Notes under the pieces: model-generated
Databases searched by the model: none
Seen by the model: the letters and a program-made list of their open reading frames with translations, nothing else
What the model was told of the DNA's origin: nothing
Position numbers and translations under genes: made by a program
In this document: one piece after another, positions 18,647 through 27,776 of the stretch
How positions within the stretch are numbered: position 1 is the stretch's first letter
Layout: each line of letters begins with the position of its first letter
IMG/VR virus record: IMGVR_UViG_3300011189_000013
Coordinates: 1-53,991 of that record
Origin: a virus
Taxonomy: Duplodnaviria; Caudoviricetes
Strand: one strand, 5' to 3'
Length of the DNA stretch: 53,991 bases

Positions 18647-19117
18647 TTACAGCTCAAACAACTCGTCGCCAGCGTCTGTAAAGACCTTGATCCAAGGATT
18701 AGCATCCCCAGCCTCATCCTTAGCTTCAAGCATCCCACGAATTACACCACCGTGGAAAGAGAGAAGGAAATGCCCCGTTTCGATGATCTTATAAGAAAGG
18801 AGATCTTGAAGATCCTCCCCTTCCGTTACAGTAGTACCGGAGATACCAGTCATAGCATCTGCTGCGGTTCGGATAGTAGCTACGGAAATATCATCAGCAC
18901 CTACCGTTGCCGCAATAAAAGCTGCAAGTTCAGCAGCCACTGCTGTACCACCCAAGCCTTCTAAGGCTGTGGTAAGAGCCCCTTCCGAATCTACAGGACG
19001 AATATACCGCTCCTGTCCGGGGGGGTGAATTGTGTGCTCTCGTAGCGTCTGACGCTTTTCGAGATCTTGCAAAAGAGCCTTATCAAAAGGCGTTCCGATT
19101 ACCGCTATTCTAGCCAT
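18647..19117 (-). CDS. Hypothetical, possibly virion structural protein
   Basis: Ala/Thr/Gly-rich ORF with AGGA RBS. Confidence 0.55.
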   Translation of the reverse strand: MARIAVIGTPFDKALLQDLEKRQTLREHTIHPPGQERYIRPVDSEGALTTALEGLGGTAVAAELAAFIAATVGADDISVATIRTAADAMTGISGTTVTEGEDLQDLLSYKIIETGHFLLSFHGGVIRGMLEAKDEAGDANPWIKVFTDAGDELFEL

Positions 19118-19129
19118 TGTGTTTCCTTT

Positions 19130-19492
19130 TTAGGTTTCCGGGTCAAAATAACCCATTCTCTCCAATCTCGCCAACTCTTCTAAGACCTTTCCTGAAAGGT
19201 CAAAGACTATACCAACTTGACGAAAAAACTCGCCTTGATCATACAGCCTATTCCTTCGAACCTTCTCATACGCTATCACTATATCGTGCTGATAGCGTCT
19301 CAATGAACTTGAGGTTGGTAGGTCCTCCAGCGGCAATCCTTCAACTTCTTCTGACAAATCTCTAACAACTTCCAAAACCAAAGCCATCGTGTTAGTCTGT
19401 ACTACACGTCGAGGTTGCCACTCAACCCCCCGAAAATCTGACCGGTGAGCATCAAGTACTTCTCGAATCTTTTTTGACTGATTACCATTCAT
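19130..19492 (-). CDS. Hypothetical protein
   Basis: ORF in operon. Confidence 0.55.
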   Translation of the reverse strand: MNGNQSKKIREVLDAHRSDFRGVEWQPRRVVQTNTMALVLEVVRDLSEEVEGLPLEDLPTSSSLRRYQHDIVIAYEKVRRNRLYDQGEFFRQVGIVFDLSGKVLEELARLERMGYFDPET

Positions 19493-19502
19493 TTAATCAC
19501 TG

Positions 19503-20057
19503 TTATGCGGTGTGATCTACAGATACAGCATTGGAATCTTTTCTGTTAGCCGTAACAACAACTTCTTCTCCGGAGCTATAAGCTGTCCCTGTAGTAATAG
19601 TGATTGTAGTGGCGCTATCCACAGAAAAATCGCCAGCATCCAGCGCTACTCCAGCAATCGCTACTCCAGTAACATCGGGAGAAAACGATTCAAAATTGGT
19701 ACCGGAAACAGTAACGTCGCCCGTAGTGGTCTGTGTGACAGTAGAAATAGTCGGAGCATTCAAAGCGCCCGTAGGAATTTCAATAACAGCAAAGAACTCT
19801 TCCGTAGCAAGAGCCGCAATAACTCCCTGCGCCACCGAAAGCCGTACTTTATCCGACTGTACGAGATCAATGAAACCGGGATTGTCACGGTCTATCTCTA
19901 CCAGCCCATCAGATCCAAAGAAAGATCGGTAGTAAGGGACATAAACGCCCGGCTGTTTGCGATAGATTCCGAACTCCTCATTTGGTAATCCTGACTCAAT
20001 GTCAGTTACCAATAGAGCGCCGTCTGTATTTTGACTATGTACTAAACGAATAAACAT
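19503..20057 (-). CDS. Putative virion protein with C-terminal IPT/TIG Ig-like domain
   Basis: APTISTV..VTVSGTNF..V.I.G...SATTITIT..VVVT; GGAGG RBS. Confidence 0.65.
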   Translation of the reverse strand: MFIRLVHSQNTDGALLVTDIESGLPNEEFGIYRKQPGVYVPYYRSFFGSDGLVEIDRDNPGFIDLVQSDKVRLSVAQGVIAALATEEFFAVIEIPTGALNAPTISTVTQTTTGDVTVSGTNFESFSPDVTGVAIAGVALDAGDFSVDSATTITITTGTAYSSGEEVVVTANRKDSNAVSVDHTA

Positions 20058-20096
20058 ATGGGCCTCCGCCAGAAATTGATGTCTCTTTTAGGGAGA

Positions 20097-20113
20097 TATT
20101 AAAGCATTATCAC
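20097..20113 (-). promoter_or_regulatory. Putative late promoter motif
   Basis: Minus strand GTGATAATGCTTTAATA. Confidence 0.45.
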
Positions 20114-20114
20114 G

Positions 20115-21059
20115 TTACGCAATAAACTTGGAAGTGAGGATAGTGGTGTAAATCTCTACGTCAGTAGAGCCACCGTCTCCTCGAAGTGTGAAACCTGTAA
20201 TATTCACGCGAGCATCCGAAAAAGAATCTCCCGGCTCTAATACCCACTCGGCTTGTCCTGATTTGAAAGCAAAGCGTAAATCATTTGCCCCTTTATTTCG
20301 GATCTCAAAAGAGGAACTGCGTATTGGGAATTGCAGATACAAACCATCGGAAAAAGAAGCGGCCTGTGGTACTGTTCCGGTAAGGAGAAGTGCGTCTTCA
20401 CCTACGTCCAATGCTTGGTCTGCCGTCATGACAATCTCGATAGGACCCTCATCAATCTCCTGCCCATCTACTACAGTAGAGATCTGGAAAAAACTCACAT
20501 CCGTATCCGTAACGCTATAATCACTAGGATCAAACAGGAATCGAGTGCGATGCTTTAGCTGTCCTGCATCAATTCGATAGGCATCCTGATATTTTCGCAC
20601 AGTTGAGGAGACGAAGCCTCCGGGCCGGGGAACAGCCTGCATATCAGCAAACACACCATCCCAGTTGGAAGCATTCTTAACGGTATAGCTCTGGGGATAG
20701 GCTCGTGATACTGAAATACTACCCTCCCCATCTGTAGTGGTAGCCTCGTAGTTGTCGGATGACGGCACCTGACCAAGACGGTCAAACCGAATGAGGACCT
20801 CATTACCCGCCGCTCCGGAAAAGGCTTCCACCAGCTCCGATCCTGCATTTATCTCCGCAATCAAAGCCGTAGCTATCGCAGCGGAGCTGTCAGATGCTGG
20901 AGTAGGGTCGGCAACCAGAAATCTAGTGCGGAAAATTCTAACCCCATAGTCCCCGCCTCCTGTGGCTCCGTCTGCTACTACTACTTTCAACCAGAAATGA
21001 TCACTGATCAGCATGTCGATCAGATTGTCTTTTCTGCGATAGATATACGACTTTTTCAT
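20115..21059 (-). CDS. Hypothetical beta-rich, probably virion surface protein
   Basis: ORF; jelly-roll-like C-terminus (IRNKGANDL..F). Confidence 0.55.
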   Translation of the reverse strand: MKKSYIYRRKDNLIDMLISDHFWLKVVVADGATGGGDYGVRIFRTRFLVADPTPASDSSAAIATALIAEINAGSELVEAFSGAAGNEVLIRFDRLGQVPSSDNYEATTTDGEGSISVSRAYPQSYTVKNASNWDGVFADMQAVPRPGGFVSSTVRKYQDAYRIDAGQLKHRTRFLFDPSDYSVTDTDVSFFQISTVVDGQEIDEGPIEIVMTADQALDVGEDALLLTGTVPQAASFSDGLYLQFPIRSSSFEIRNKGANDLRFAFKSGQAEWVLEPGDSFSDARVNITGFTLRGDGGSTDVEIYTTILTSKFIA

Positions 21060-21062
21060 ATC

Positions 21063-21449
21063 TTATCCTCTGGCTTCTTTATGGATCAACGGTTCGTAAG
21101 ACGCTACATTTTTACCGTCATCACGAGCGGCATCCCTAGCCTCAGTCCATGTCTCCGCTTCCTCTCCCCTATAATTAGGTTTGAGAGTAGGCGTCTTGAC
21201 GTTTTTAGCTTGTCGGGCGGCCATATATTTCGAACGATTTTTTCGGAACGCTTTCTCTTTGTAATTCTTATCTGCCCAAGCATCCCCTCTAAAACAAATC
21301 CCAACTTCGGCAGCTTGGAATTTAAACTTGGCAGTATCTCCACACTCCCTACAAGACATTCCAGACTCTTTTTTTACTTCAAACTCGTCCAATGAAAATT
21401 CTGCGGTTTGGACGTGATCACAGGTGACACATTTAAAATCGTACTTCAC
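21063..21449 (-). CDS. Second FmdB-like zinc-ribbon protein
   Basis: YDFKCVTCD...CRECG...ICFRGDAW. Confidence 0.75.
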   Translation of the reverse strand: MKYDFKCVTCDHVQTAEFSLDEFEVKKESGMSCRECGDTAKFKFQAAEVGICFRGDAWADKNYKEKAFRKNRSKYMAARQAKNVKTPTLKPNYRGEEAETWTEARDAARDDGKNVASYEPLIHKEARG

Positions 21450-21931
21450 TTCAACCTCCGTAACTTCTGTATGTAAGTAGCACCGACCTTTCGAGCTATC
21501 GTTAGCATGGTCGGATCAAAAATCCCCCGGTGTGGTCGGACCACAGGGAGATCTAATAACGTACCAAAATACTTATCAGAAAGCACCTCTTTTGCCAACG
21601 CCTTTGCTCTAGCTTTACAAGAGCAAGCTTGTTGTGCTATGGACTCCGCCTCGGCCTTGATCTCGTAAAACCGAAAAGACGCCTCTAAAAGTTCCTCTTC
21701 TGAGCATTCCAACTCTTCTAGCAATATCGGTAGATCCTCATTACGACTTAGTATAGCATCAACAATTTCTTCCACATTCTCTAAAAGTTCCGCCGTAAGC
21801 TGAAAATTTCTTGCCAGCTCGTACACCTTATTAGCGAATGGGGTTATGCCTGATTGCTTTTTCATCGCCGGGTATCCATATCGAAATAAATCCCTTTTGC
21901 TTCCTGCAAAGCCGCATATACATGTTTGCAT
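21446..21931 (-). CDS. Hypothetical protein with C-terminal ARKVGATY motif
   Basis: ORF; start uncertain. Confidence 0.5.
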   Translation of the reverse strand: MQTCICGFAGSKRDLFRYGYPAMKKQSGITPFANKVYELARNFQLTAELLENVEEIVDAILSRNEDLPILLEELECSEEELLEASFRFYEIKAEAESIAQQACSCKARAKALAKEVLSDKYFGTLLDLPVVRPHRGIFDPTMLTIARKVGATYIQKLRRLK

Positions 21932-22368
21932 ACATAATTATGCTTCTGAGGATCTCTGATATCTGGTGAAGCCAAAGTACCAATAGGATATTCTTCTGCA
22001 TACAGATATCCGCCTTCCTTCGCATGGTGCTCGGCACCTCCATAGCGCCAATGTCGACACGAACAGGATACCAAAACATCGGACTTCCAGTACTGGTTCT
22101 CTTTGCCTTCTGGGACCGCTCTAATCATTACGGTGTACTGAGATCGGGTCTTACCCTTCACCGTATACTCCAATTGGTTTATCGACGGATTATGGCGGAC
22201 ATTCAATAAATTAACATCTGAGGCCCTCTCCACAATCGCGGGATTGAGTCCCGACAATATCTCCTCTGGGGTCTTTGCCACCTTATAGGTGCGACTAAGG
22301 GCCACACGAAGGGGATAATGCCGCAGTCGATATTGAGCTATAACTCTATGTACTAGCCTATTTTTCAT
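21862..22368 (-). CDS. SWIM zinc-finger protein with RVIAQY leader
   Basis: Y.V.I...SCSCRHW...CKHVYAAL. Confidence 0.75.
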   Translation of the reverse strand: MKNRLVHRVIAQYRLRHYPLRVALSRTYKVAKTPEEILSGLNPAIVERASDVNLLNVRHNPSINQLEYTVKGKTRSQYTVMIRAVPEGKENQYWKSDVLVSCSCRHWRYGGAEHHAKEGGYLYAEEYPIGTLASPDIRDPQKHNYVCKHVYAALQEAKGIYFDMDTRR

Positions 22369-22607
22369 CTTCGAATAGCATCGTCTGAGACATTGGGAGT
22401 GATGTACCCAGTTCCGTGATCAGTCCAATCTGTGATCTCGTTCGGCAAAGGCTCTTTTAACTTATTTTCGGAATCCTCTTCCGCAGGACCTTCTCGATTC
22501 ACATAAGTGGGAAAACCAGCTAGGTCCTCTATGTCCGTACGAAAAGAGAGAAGCCTCTTTACGTAAGCAGAAGCTACCCTCTTTGCTAAAACTCTCCTAG
22601 AGGTCAT
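22365..22607 (-). CDS. Small protein with LAKRVASAY leader
   Basis: ATGA overlaps on both sides; shared motif. Confidence 0.65.
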   Translation of the reverse strand: MTSRRVLAKRVASAYVKRLLSFRTDIEDLAGFPTYVNREGPAEEDSENKLKEPLPNEITDWTDHGTGYITPNVSDDAIRR

Positions 22608-22933
22608 AGCTTCCCCTTCAAGGCTTTGTCTAGTTCTTTCCGCAACGCCGGGTTCAAATCATCCGCAGCTCCGGTAAGGGCCATCTTATCTAGGAGATAA
22701 GAAACCACAGCCATCTGCTCAAACATTCGATCGAGGGTGGTCTGATACGTATAAATCATATCACCACCATCTTTGTAGATTTCCTCTTGGTACTCGGAGC
22801 TGTCAATAAGATCAACCGCCCTTTCCGTAAGCCCCTGAATTTTAGATAGGTCTACCCTTACGGTAGAAACGGCTTTTAAGAGGTAATCACACAAGATGCG
22901 AGACATATGTTTTTTGGCAATTCTCTTGTGCAT
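22604..22933 (-). CDS. Hypothetical helical protein
   Basis: ORF; KRIAKKH variant leader. Confidence 0.6.
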   Translation of the reverse strand: MHKRIAKKHMSRILCDYLLKAVSTVRVDLSKIQGLTERAVDLIDSSEYQEEIYKDGGDMIYTYQTTLDRMFEQMAVVSYLLDKMALTGAADDLNPALRKELDKALKGKL

Positions 22934-22947
22934 ATCACATACCTATG

Positions 22948-22972
22948 AAGGGGACCCTTTCGGATCCCCCTC
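22948..22972 (-). other. GNRA-capped RNA hairpin between genes
   Basis: Minus strand GGGGATCC-GAAA-GGGTCCCC (one G-U pair); no clear U-tract. Confidence 0.55.
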
Positions 22973-22978
22973 TGACAA

Positions 22979-24091
22979 TTAACCGCCAAGGTTCAGATCC
23001 GGGAACTGAGATGCAATATGTACTTTCATCGCATCAGACTCTACTGCATACACAGTGCATACAAATAGAGGATTGGCATTCGTTTCCAAAGATTTGAGCT
23101 TGGTCTTCCAGTGCTGTCCAAAATCCCAATCGAAATTGGGCATCATCTGCCGGGCAAATGCCAGTCGAGATTCTTTATCTTCTACAGAGATCTCAGGAGT
23201 CACATACTCAGGAGCCTGTGGAACCTGTGGAGCCTGTTGAGGGGCCTGAGCCTGAGCCTGAGCCTGTTTTGTTACTTGCCCAACTACATCGGCACCATGA
23301 CCGTCCCAAATCCCTTCAGGAAGGTTTGACGCTGTTTGAGGTGTTGTGCCCGCAGCATTCTCTGAAATACCCTCAGTTCGGAACTGAATACCTTCACGGA
23401 CCTGTACCTGCTCTTGCGGAGCTTGCTGTTGTAGCTGCTGTTTCAATGCTGCAATCTCACGTTCCATTTTCTGCCGTTCAAGCTCTTGGAACTGCGCCAA
23501 CTTTGCATTGCTGTTGCCTTCCTGCGTAGCATTTTGGCTTACTTGATCTGTTCGGAACGAATCTTTAAGGGATTCGGATCCTGCTTTGGTCGTAAAACTC
23601 ACACCTCTAACCTCTTCCCCACCTTGAGGTTCCAGAACCATCTGATTTCGAAACCCAGCGGAAGGCGGACGATGTTGCGGTACCTGTTGCTGTTGTTGCT
23701 GTTGTTGCTGTACATGATGCTGTTGTGCATCTCGTTGCTCTCCACTACGAAAAGCCTGTACGCTACTTACTTCCCGATCTTCCTCGGCAATAGTAGCACG
23801 GGACGCCACTACATCTTTCTGTTGGGGAGTGGCCGCACTCATAGTAATATGAGCAGACTGAGGCTGGTACGGACCTGCTGTATTAATGCCCAACTCCTCC
23901 GTATCTACCAACCAACGGGCTTTGATCGCGGAACTCAGTTTCGGGAAATTGTACTCTTCTCCCTCAATAATAGCCACTGTACCGTTATACTCTACGACCG
24001 TGCCTTTATCAACGGCGATGCTCGTTTCCTTGTCTACACCGATGTTGATCTTTGCAGCAGCCACATAACTTCTAAACTCTTTATTCGCCAT
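22979..24091 (-). CDS. Gln-rich low-complexity protein
   Basis: Poly-Q (9 Q) tract, QAQAQA repeats, central coiled coil; GGAG RBS. Confidence 0.75.
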   Translation of the reverse strand: MANKEFRSYVAAAKINIGVDKETSIAVDKGTVVEYNGTVAIIEGEEYNFPKLSSAIKARWLVDTEELGINTAGPYQPQSAHITMSAATPQQKDVVASRATIAEEDREVSSVQAFRSGEQRDAQQHHVQQQQQQQQQVPQHRPPSAGFRNQMVLEPQGGEEVRGVSFTTKAGSESLKDSFRTDQVSQNATQEGNSNAKLAQFQELERQKMEREIAALKQQLQQQAPQEQVQVREGIQFRTEGISENAAGTTPQTASNLPEGIWDGHGADVVGQVTKQAQAQAQAPQQAPQVPQAPEYVTPEISVEDKESRLAFARQMMPNFDWDFGQHWKTKLKSLETNANPLFVCTVYAVESDAMKVHIASQFPDLNLGG

Positions 24092-24169
24092 ACCTTCAAC
24101 TCCTCATACCAGATTGGTTCCTAAACACCCGCCGCCCTAAGCCACGGGTAATGATATACCTATAGATCT

Positions 24170-24186
24170 CATAAAAGGATTACCGC
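24170..24186 (-). promoter_or_regulatory. Putative late promoter motif
   Basis: Minus strand GCGGTAATCCTTTTATG. Confidence 0.65.
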
Positions 24187-24209
24187 TTTTGCGTCGATAA
24201 AAAACATTT

Positions 24210-24238
24210 TTGACGAGGGTCCTACCTTGGGGTATAGT
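24210..24238 (+). promoter_or_regulatory. Sigma70-type (early) promoter
   Basis: TTGACG-17nt-TATAGT with upstream A/T tract, ahead of the only plus-strand genes. Confidence 0.8.
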
Positions 24239-24287
24239 TAAGTGAGCATGACGAAATGACAACAACTAAAGAACGAAAGGAAACGAC

Positions 24288-24719
24288 ATGAGCCTCCAAT
24301 ACGCATATGATACTTTTCGAAATAATCTGGGCCTTATTGCCCGTGATGAGGCTTCTGATTGCCCTTGTAGGGGTTATGGATGGATATCCAGCCCCTTTGA
24401 TACGCAACACAAATGTCCCCGTCACTTTGCGGGACAGCGGCATCCCGAAAGCGATGAGTACGCGCTCCCCGAAGTGGTTTTAGTTTCAAAGGTGGAAAAT
24501 GGGGAACAGGTTCCGGTGTATCAACTTCTGTTAACCATCGGACACTGTGGTTACGACGATGCCGAGGCGACCTTCATGCACTTCTATGAGTTCGATACAG
24601 AAGATAAAGCCAAAGCCTTTGGAGATAAAGTGGCCCTACGAGCTGATATTTCGAGCCGGGTCACCAACAACGAGTACTGGATGCTTATCCCGGAAGTGCC
24701 GACACGCGACGAAGAGTAA
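24288..24719 (+). CDS. Early hypothetical protein with CxCxGxGW..D..H.C..H motif
   Basis: GAAAGGA RBS; downstream of the sigma70 promoter. Confidence 0.75.
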   Translation: MSLQYAYDTFRNNLGLIARDEASDCPCRGYGWISSPFDTQHKCPRHFAGQRHPESDEYALPEVVLVSKVENGEQVPVYQLLLTIGHCGYDDAEATFMHFYEFDTEDKAKAFGDKVALRADISSRVTNNEYWMLIPEVPTRDEE

Positions 24720-24756
24720 AAAATCCCCCTTAATGCTTTACCAAGGATGGTACCTA

Positions 24757-25050
24757 ATGAATTTTATAGCCTACGAAATTTCTACCGACGACGAGGGGAT
24801 GCATTTCGTCTCCGCATTTGACTACAACAATCCCGAGCGGCAATTTGCACATTATGACCGATGCCATGAATACGGAAACGCTCTTGACCTCTGCAATGAT
24901 ATCTCGGAGGCTGACAGTTTCGGAAACGTCGAGGAAATCGAAGCATCGGGGGACTGGGAAGAGCTGTCATTTGATGGGTCTGAGATCTGCGAGGAAGCCT
25001 TGGACCAGACTCCCGACCTCTATGAACTACTAGCCCCTACCCGGTCTTAG
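24757..25050 (+). CDS. Early, highly acidic small protein
   Basis: Start reassigned to ATG 24757 (MNFIAYEIS) with AAGGA RBS. Confidence 0.65.
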   Translation: MNFIAYEISTDDEGMHFVSAFDYNNPERQFAHYDRCHEYGNALDLCNDISEADSFGNVEEIEASGDWEELSFDGSEICEEALDQTPDLYELLAPTRS

Positions 25051-25478
25051 GAGAGGTAAGCGACCACTTCAAAGTGGTCGGGCCTTAGCTCGGTCCAGCT
25101 AAAGTGAAGGACCGAGTTGGAGATAGCCTCCGGGCTAAACGGATCTGACGGGTTTGAAAAAGCAATACTCATTGGGACCGTGCCTTCGGGCTTCTGATAG
25201 GCAAAAGCTGAAAACACCTCGTCAGGCTCTATGCCAAAGTCCTCTAACACTCGAAAGGCTTTTGTGATGGCAGTGCCTACAGAACGGTACCGACCATTAC
25301 CGTCAAAGCCTGCTCTTTGGAGAGCAGCATTCGCACTTCTCCGCTCACTAGAGTCTAACTTTTGAGAAGCCGTCTTGAGATGATCCAAAACAGGGCGTAA
25401 GTGCTCTTGCAAATTTGGAATATCCGCCCCGATCCGAATAATATTCTCTACTAACCTGCTCTGTTTATATTTGCCCAT
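25047..25478 (-). CDS. Hypothetical protein with IIRIG leader
   Basis: LVENIIRIGADIPNLQEHLRPVLDHLKTA; AAGGAG RBS. Confidence 0.7.
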   Translation of the reverse strand: MGKYKQSRLVENIIRIGADIPNLQEHLRPVLDHLKTASQKLDSSERRSANAALQRAGFDGNGRYRSVGTAITKAFRVLEDFGIEPDEVFSAFAYQKPEGTVPMSIAFSNPSDPFSPEAISNSVLHFSWTELRPDHFEVVAYLS

Positions 25479-25529
25479 AGTACTACTCCTTTTTCTGTAT
25501 GCAGTAAAACGATATCTTAGACTTCAAAC

Positions 25530-26570
25530 TCATTCAGGCCACGGAAACCGCTCTGTATTTAAAGTGTACGGAAACCCTAGACTGTAAGTAGTTTTTAAGA
25601 ACGGACCATTGGGACCACTGACTATTTTCCCATACTGAGCCGAATTTGCAAAAGCACCGTATTGTCTGACTAAGTTAGTATCTAGAATTCCTTTTTCATA
25701 ACTTACGCTTGCCAGTGTTATAGATTTCCACTTGTACTCACCAGATGTATTAAGAGAATTCTCATAAGTGTAATGATCCTGTGTATATGATAAATCAAAA
25801 AGCTCCACATCGCCGGTCAAGTTGTAAGCGTATACTTGATCAGCCCCTATGCTACCCCATTTACGACTACTATCATAATCAAGCTCTAAACATAGAGTTG
25901 CCTCTGTATTTGTATCCGCACCATCTGTATTAACAGTCATAGACCCCAACATCATAAGACCGCAAGCTGCAAAAGCATAACCATCGGTTAAATACACAGC
26001 CAAGCTGGGTGAGTCCTCGTCAAACACAAAGAGAATTCGATCGAACCGGTCCCATGTGATATCCATGTAATATCCCGGTAGGCATTCTGTAGCGGGCATG
26101 AAATCTGTATAAGCTGCGGATGCTGGGTTGTGTAGAGGGGCAGAAAAATCGCCACCCGTGTAGGTCAAAGCAGTGGCATCGTCAAACCCCATCCCATAGC
26201 TTTCATTTCCGCAATTATAATGAACCAACACCTTAGACTCGTCATATATATTCGTAGAATAGGCATCATAATTTTTGAAATAGTCACCTACATTCCCAGA
26301 ATTTGTGGAACCAGTGAATATACGCCCTATATAGTTAGTAGGGTCAGTGCTATGGGGGGTCATAATAAGCCATTCCCTCGCCCCATTTTTGACAATAAAA
26401 GCGTACCCATCGCTGTCCGGGTCACTACCAGAATATTTTGCTATGTCAGAAACAACAAAACTCGATGCAGCCAAAGATGATCTTAAATCATCTCTTAATT
26501 TCTCTACGGTATCTTCGTGAATTGAAATAGTCTGTCGACCCTTCGATGTCCAAATTGCTGAATATCTCAT
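25530..26570 (-). CDS. Hypothetical Tyr/Ser/Gly-rich protein, possibly structural
   Basis: 346-aa ORF coupled by a TAATG overlap. Confidence 0.6.
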   Translation of the reverse strand: MRYSAIWTSKGRQTISIHEDTVEKLRDDLRSSLAASSFVVSDIAKYSGSDPDSDGYAFIVKNGAREWLIMTPHSTDPTNYIGRIFTGSTNSGNVGDYFKNYDAYSTNIYDESKVLVHYNCGNESYGMGFDDATALTYTGGDFSAPLHNPASAAYTDFMPATECLPGYYMDITWDRFDRILFVFDEDSPSLAVYLTDGYAFAACGLMMLGSMTVNTDGADTNTEATLCLELDYDSSRKWGSIGADQVYAYNLTGDVELFDLSYTQDHYTYENSLNTSGEYKWKSITLASVSYEKGILDTNLVRQYGAFANSAQYGKIVSGPNGPFLKTTYSLGFPYTLNTERFPWPE

Positions 26571-26770
26571 TATACGTCCTCGGTTGCTTCTGAAGTACCA
26601 ACAGATGGGTTGGCACCGTCTAGCGGCGCTGATTGTACTTGTCGGTCATTATTTTCTATCGTCTGAAAATTGGCCAGATCGTTATTATTAAAGGCTCCTA
26701 CCTCAATAACACTCCCCCCTTGTAAGGGACTGATTTTGAGATTCAGAGCATTGAAATCAATTTTAGGCAT
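26570..26770 (-). CDS. Small hypothetical protein
   Basis: ORF translationally coupled to the next gene. Confidence 0.5.
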   Translation of the reverse strand: MPKIDFNALNLKISPLQGGSVIEVGAFNNNDLANFQTIENNDRQVQSAPLDGANPSVGTSEATEDV

Positions 26771-26795
26771 GAATAAGACCGGGCTATATGTTCAA

Positions 26796-27299
26796 TTATT
26801 TGTGAGAATTTAGAAGGTCCATGTAGCGGGAAGCTACTTTCCGGGCCACAGAAGAGATCTTATCTGAAAACGACTGCGAATGTAGCTCTTGTAATAGAGG
26901 CTGACTACCGGGACTATTATAGGTAGTCTTCGTCTCCCCTACCGTAAAAGCCTCGTCCGGCATCGTCGCACGAAAAATAAGTTCTCGAAGATTATCTGCA
27001 TCTGCAATAAGCGGATCTTCTACCACCTTCTCTACTAGAATTTCTAACTCTTCCCGGCGGAAAACTCCTCCGACCCCGTGCGCCCTTTTCGTATTGAAAA
27101 GTGTCTCACACCAAGAGATGGCATTTTCCAGATGCTCATCGTCTCTGATCCCCTCAAAATCTGTTATGGGCATAGAAATGCCAGTACCATCGTCAAAACG
27201 TACCATCATCGCCTCACTATTTAAGCGGACGGACTCTACCACGGACCCCCGCTGGGGCAATGCTCTGAGAGAGGACAGGATTGCGGAAGTTTTCTTCAT
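26796..27299 (-). CDS. Hypothetical protein with C-terminal VARKVASRY motif
   Basis: ORF with AAAGGA RBS. Confidence 0.65.
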   Translation of the reverse strand: MKKTSAILSSLRALPQRGSVVESVRLNSEAMMVRFDDGTGISMPITDFEGIRDDEHLENAISWCETLFNTKRAHGVGGVFRREELEILVEKVVEDPLIADADNLRELIFRATMPDEAFTVGETKTTYNSPGSQPLLQELHSQSFSDKISSVARKVASRYMDLLNSHK

Positions 27300-27335
27300 G
27301 TTAAATTCCTTTGGTATATTCCAACCAAAGGTAAA

Positions 27336-27352
27336 TACAAAAGGATAACCAT
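27336..27352 (-). promoter_or_regulatory. Putative late promoter motif
   Basis: Minus strand ATGGTTATCCTTTTGTA. Confidence 0.55.
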
Positions 27353-27362
27353 TCTTTACTTT

Positions 27363-27677
27363 TTAAGATAGCCGACCGTGTGCCGTCGTATCAGATGCCG
27401 AAAAGACTAGACGCATAACCAATTCCTCTTCCTGACGGATTCGATCCTTGGTGGCCTTCGTAGGTCCAAAAACCCGTGGGCTCGACTTATAGGGGAAAGT
27501 TGGCACTATCACCTTGCCACCCGTATTCACCTGTAATATCCTCTGGCCCTCTTCTCCGATGATGTAAGCAGGGGCGTCTACGTCTTTATCATAGATGGTC
27601 CGTGCGACTTCTTCGGCGTGTAATACCTTGCGGGCGAAAGACTCATCCATCCTACTCATATCTTCTGTTTGACTCAT
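27363..27677 (-). CDS. Truncated paralog of the major capsid protein
   Basis: IYDKDVDAPAYIIGEEGQRIL..VIVPTF vs MCP VYDKDPDVTAYVVGEEGENIL..VIFPLF. Confidence 0.75.
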   Translation of the reverse strand: MSQTEDMSRMDESFARKVLHAEEVARTIYDKDVDAPAYIIGEEGQRILQVNTGGKVIVPTFPYKSSPRVFGPTKATKDRIRQEEELVMRLVFSASDTTAHGRLS

Positions 27678-27776
27678 AATTTCCCTCTACACCATCACGT
27701 TATATTACAACCTAGATTCTTTGGTCATGTTACCCACAACCATACCACTACACCCACCACAGAGCAACTCCGGCCA

